From: an uncultured virus (IMG/VR IMGVR_UViG_3300036398_005010)
Taxonomy: Duplodnaviria; Heunggongvirae; Uroviricota; Caudoviricetes
Reading direction: 5' to 3' (one strand)
DNA length: 64,000 nt
IMG/VR virus record: IMGVR_UViG_3300036398_005010
Below, in pieces: positions 60,754-64,000 of this stretch. Every line of letters begins with the position of its first letter. The first letter of the stretch is position 1. Below the pieces are notes generated by a model. It did no database searches and had not been told where the DNA came from. It saw only the letters and a program-made list of their open reading frames with translations. A program made the translations under genes and the position numbers.

Positions 60754-63369
60754 ATGGCTGACGCAGCGATTACCAGGGCACACAAGCAGGCCGCGCGCCT
60801 GGCCGCCAAGCGTGTCCCCCGGCGCTCCTCTGCTGATGCCACCCCCAGCGAACACGTCCGCAAAGCGCGCGAGAACTTCAGCTACTTCTGCACGGCGATG
60901 GGCAAGCCGCCGGTCGCGCACATGCAGGAGTGGCACCGGCAGCTGATCACCGGCGACAGCAACGACCACCTGATGGATGTGTCGGGCCCTAACACCTGCC
61001 TGCTGTCCCCGCGGGGGCCCCTCGATCTGGCGACACCGGTGCTGACACCGACCGGCTGGCGCCCGTTGCGCGGCATCGAACCCGGCGACGAGGTCTACGC
61101 CTCCAGCGGCCGCGTGACCGTGGTCGAGGAGGTCCTGGATTACGGCACGGCCCCCTGCTGGGAGGTGTCGTTCAGTGACGGCACCTCGATGGTCTGCGAC
61201 GACAGCCATCGTTTCGAGGTGCGCAAGGCGGCCGGCGGCCCGTGGCAGGAGTGCACCCTGGAGATGCTGCGCACGGGCGCCCTGCTGCGCCAAGGCGCCG
61301 CCCCCAGTGATGGCACTCCCTGGCTGACCCGCTGGGGCCTGCCGCGCTGGGCGGTGCCGATCACCTCGCCGGTGGCCCTGCCCGAGGCCCCGCTGGTGCT
61401 GGATCCGTACCTGATGGGCGTCCTGCTGGCGCGCGGCGGCCTTTCTGGCGCGGCGGTGCGCTTCACTAGTGGGGACGACGACCTGGTAGCCCGGGTGGCC
61501 GGCGCCCTGCCCCGCGGCTGCCAGCTGGGCCGGATCAGCGCCAAGACCATCTGCTGGTCGATCAGCGGCATCCCGGTTCACCTGCAGGGCAAGCGCACCA
61601 AGCGAGCCCCGCGCAACCCGATCCTGCCGCTGCTGGAGATCTTCGGGTTGTGGGGCTGCCGCGTGCCGGATCGGCCGATGCCGGCGGTGTTCCTGCGAGG
61701 TTCGATCTTGCAGCGGCTGGCCCTGCTACAGGGGATGCTGGACGCAGCCGGCAGCAGCCGCCCGGGCGGGGCGATCTCCCTGCCGCAGCGCTCAGAGGCG
61801 GTCGCCAATGGCCTGGCGGAACTGGTGCGTTCCCTGGGTGGGTTGGCCCAGGTCAAGCCGATCCGCCGCCCGAGCGGCGGCGATGGCTTCATGGTCGAGG
61901 TCCTGCTGCCGCCCGAGCTGGAGCCGTTCCACTCAGGCGCCAAGACCGCGCTGTACCACAAGCACTGCGAAAACCGCCGCCGGCCACTGCGCCGCACGAT
62001 CACCGGCATCCGCCCGGCGGGTGAACGGGAGATCGGCTGCATCACGGTCGAGAGCCCCCTGCAGAACTTCCTGATTCGGGACTACGTGGTCTCCTGCAAC
62101 TCGGCCAAGAGCACCGTGATCGGGCTGCTCTGCTCGTGGCTGATCGGCCGGCACACCCTGGCCAAGCAGCTGCTGCGCATCCTCTACGTGTCGTTCAACA
62201 TCGACGTGGCGCGCGGCAAGAGCCTGGCGATCAAGAACACGATCCAGTCGGGCGAGTACCAGGAGATCTTCCCCTGCGTGCGGCTCAGCAAGACCCGCAC
62301 CGCCGATGAGCTCTGGTCGATCGACTTCGATTTCGCCGGCATCGATGTGCGCGGTGAGGACGCCTTCACGCTGGCCTGCGCCGGCCTGCAGGGCACGATC
62401 ACCTCCAAGCGCTCGAGCCTGGTGATCCTGGATGACTTGATCAAATCCAAGAAGTCGATCAGCAACCCGGAGGTGCGCCGGGAGATGGAGGGCAACTGGA
62501 ACAGCGTGATCGTACCGACGATGTTCCAGGGCGCCCGGGCGATCGCCCTGGGGACCCGTTTCCACTTCGATGACATGTTCGCCACGACGTTCGTCGAGAA
62601 GAACGGCTGGCATGTGATGACCCAGGCGGCGCTGGACTTTGATGACGACGGCACGCCGCGCTCCTACTGGGAGGGGATGTGGAGCGCGCGCTACCTGCTG
62701 GAGCTGCAGCGCAAGGACCCGATCGCGTTCGCCTACCAGTACCTCAACAAGGCGGTGCGCTCCACCGAGCTGGGCATGGCGCCGGACCTGTTCGTCAAGG
62801 GGGTGGTGCCGGACGTCTTCGATGAGATCGGCGTCGGGATCGACTTCTCCTCAGGCCTGCGGGAGCGCAGCGACTACACGGTGTTCATGCTGGGCGGCCG
62901 CGTGGACGACAAGGCCTACGTGATCGACATGCGCCGGATTCGCAGCATGGGCAACATCGAGAAGATCGAGGCCCTCTGCGACATGCTGCACGAGTGGAAC
63001 CTGGTCACCAAGGACGAGGCCGGCCGCTACCTGTCGACCTTCTCCGAGGTGGCGATCTGGCCGGAGTCGGTCGGCTACCAGAAGTCGTTCGAGGGGGACT
63101 TCAAGCGGGTGGCCTACCAGGAATGGGGGCTGACCAACCTGCGCGTGCAGCCGGTGACCGGGGTGCGCGGCGACAAGCTGGCCCGCTTCCGCGGCGTGAT
63201 GGGCCTGTTCCAGACCCACCGGGTGATCTTCAACAAGTACCGGGACTTCCAGGTGGTCTTCGATGAGGTGGTCAACATGGGGCACTCGTCCCATGACGAC
63301 TGCGCTGACGCCCTGCAGATCCTGCTGGACCGGCTGTTCCGCCGCGGCAACATCGAGGTGGAGTATTGA
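60754..63369 (+). CDS. terL: terminase large subunit containing an intein
   Basis: Walker A PRG/SAKST split by intein, Walker B VILDD, GTRFH.DD, GIDF...SDYT, HDDCADA. Confidence 0.95.
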   Translation: MADAAITRAHKQAARLAAKRVPRRSSADATPSEHVRKARENFSYFCTAMGKPPVAHMQEWHRQLITGDSNDHLMDVSGPNTCLLSPRGPLDLATPVLTPTGWRPLRGIEPGDEVYASSGRVTVVEEVLDYGTAPCWEVSFSDGTSMVCDDSHRFEVRKAAGGPWQECTLEMLRTGALLRQGAAPSDGTPWLTRWGLPRWAVPITSPVALPEAPLVLDPYLMGVLLARGGLSGAAVRFTSGDDDLVARVAGALPRGCQLGRISAKTICWSISGIPVHLQGKRTKRAPRNPILPLLEIFGLWGCRVPDRPMPAVFLRGSILQRLALLQGMLDAAGSSRPGGAISLPQRSEAVANGLAELVRSLGGLAQVKPIRRPSGGDGFMVEVLLPPELEPFHSGAKTALYHKHCENRRRPLRRTITGIRPAGEREIGCITVESPLQNFLIRDYVVSCNSAKSTVIGLLCSWLIGRHTLAKQLLRILYVSFNIDVARGKSLAIKNTIQSGEYQEIFPCVRLSKTRTADELWSIDFDFAGIDVRGEDAFTLACAGLQGTITSKRSSLVILDDLIKSKKSISNPEVRREMEGNWNSVIVPTMFQGARAIALGTRFHFDDMFATTFVEKNGWHVMTQAALDFDDDGTPRSYWEGMWSARYLLELQRKDPIAFAYQYLNKAVRSTELGMAPDLFVKGVVPDVFDEIGVGIDFSSGLRERSDYTVFMLGGRVDDKAYVIDMRRIRSMGNIEKIEALCDMLHEWNLVTKDEAGRYLSTFSEVAIWPESVGYQKSFEGDFKRVAYQEWGLTNLRVQPVTGVRGDKLARFRGVMGLFQTHRVIFNKYRDFQVVFDEVVNMGHSSHDDCADALQILLDRLFRRGNIEVEY
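61018..62100 (+). mobile_element. intein (361 aa), class-3-like, with degenerate LAGLIDADG endonuclease
   Basis: Starts PLDLATPVLTPTGW, block B CDDSHRF, block F GCITV, ends VVSCN|S. Confidence 0.9.
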
Positions 63370-63416
63370 GCTCTCGCCCTGTGAGCCGCAGCAAGCGCTT
63401 TGCCTAGGATGACCCC

Positions 63417-64000
63417 ATGAGCCAGCCGACCCAGGACCGCTTCCGCCGGATCATCGAGGCGGCCCGCAACCGCGAGGGTGCCGCCGGCGTGGACACGATG
63501 ATCGTGTCGGGCCACCTGGCCCAGATGCGGCTGTTCATGATGCGGCAAGGGATCGAGTTCCTGCCGCGCCAGGACACCTACGGGTTCCGCAAGGCGTTCC
63601 TGGCCAAGGTCGTCGAGGAGAACGAAATCGATGCGCGCCTGGAGGGCGTGGTCGACGACTTCATCTCCGAGGGCAAGGGCCTGTGGTTCTTCCGGCCGGT
63701 GCGCGACAGCTACCGGATCATGTGGTTCAGCAAGGAGAACTACAGGGTCTACTACGACTCCCTGCAGGAGATCGAGGAAGTCGACCTGATCTACTCCTTC
63801 AAGGTGCGCCAGGGGCTGGGCGCGATCGCCGTGCAGGCGCCCGGCGGTTCGACCACCAAGTACGTGCGCCTGCAGGTCAAGCGCGACGAAATCATTGAGA
63901 CGATCAGCGAGGAGAAGCCGTCATTCGACACGCCGCTGATGTCGGTGATCGCTGCCAACAAGCGCACGGTGCGCAACAGCCTGGGCTTCGTGCCGGCGGT
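63417..64000 (+). CDS. probable portal protein (partial, runs off the window)
   Basis: Reading frame from ATG 63417 (MSQPTQDRFRRIIEAAR...) directly after terL; position-based call. Confidence 0.7.
   Translation, partial: MSQPTQDRFRRIIEAARNREGAAGVDTMIVSGHLAQMRLFMMRQGIEFLPRQDTYGFRKAFLAKVVEENEIDARLEGVVDDFISEGKGLWFFRPVRDSYRIMWFSKENYRVYYDSLQEIEEVDLIYSFKVRQGLGAIAVQAPGGSTTKYVRLQVKRDEIIETISEEKPSFDTPLMSVIAANKRTVRNSLGFVPA

Larger units (their letters stand above)
45805..63410 (+). promoter_or_regulatory. recurrent CCTAG(G/A)AT -10-like promoter motif before plus-strand (late) genes
   Basis: At 45805, 54742, 56844, 57652, 58845, 63403 (also 8967-8975 on minus); CTAGCCT/CTAGACT variants at 3562, 5116, 16159, 21837(-), 49592(-). 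Confidence 0.7.

Noticed and set aside
1..64000. tRNA/rRNA genes and strong HIP1 (GCGATCGC) enrichment
   Set aside because: No cloverleaf or rRNA-like stretch recognised by eye and only a few HIP1 sites noticed; tRNAscan was not run.

Overview
The window is a GC-rich segment of a tailed dsDNA phage genome. NblA-like genes, a DUF3288 gene and pentapeptide repeats suggest a cyanophage of a Synechococcus/Cyanobium-type host. Layout, left to right: end of a tail-associated gene, dCTP deaminase, HNH and NblA-like genes, lysozyme-M23 fusion; a nucleotide-metabolism and replication block on the minus strand (ThyX, dNMP kinase, dCMP-deaminase-like, primase-VirE helicase, putative origin); an XRE regulator; a plus-strand cluster of low-complexity, probably virion-internal proteins; a ~30 kb minus-strand early/accessory region of small genes; a non-coding strand-switch region at ~51 kb; a second cluster of probable internal/ejection proteins; terminase with an intein; the start of the portal gene. 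Main unexplained signals: (1) a 14-bp invariant, apparently structured leader element in 7 copies in front of early genes, three of them directly after terminator-like hairpins; (2) a 30-bp hairpin junction repeat that gives six unrelated genes the same C-terminal tag; (3) an N-terminal [RK][MF]AG[DE] motif shared by otherwise unrelated proteins; (4) a ~480-nt stretch almost free of CC, including 192 nt free of both CC and GG, at the strand switch; (5) an atypical Pro1 class-3-like intein. All family assignments come from motif recognition by eye; no database search was run.
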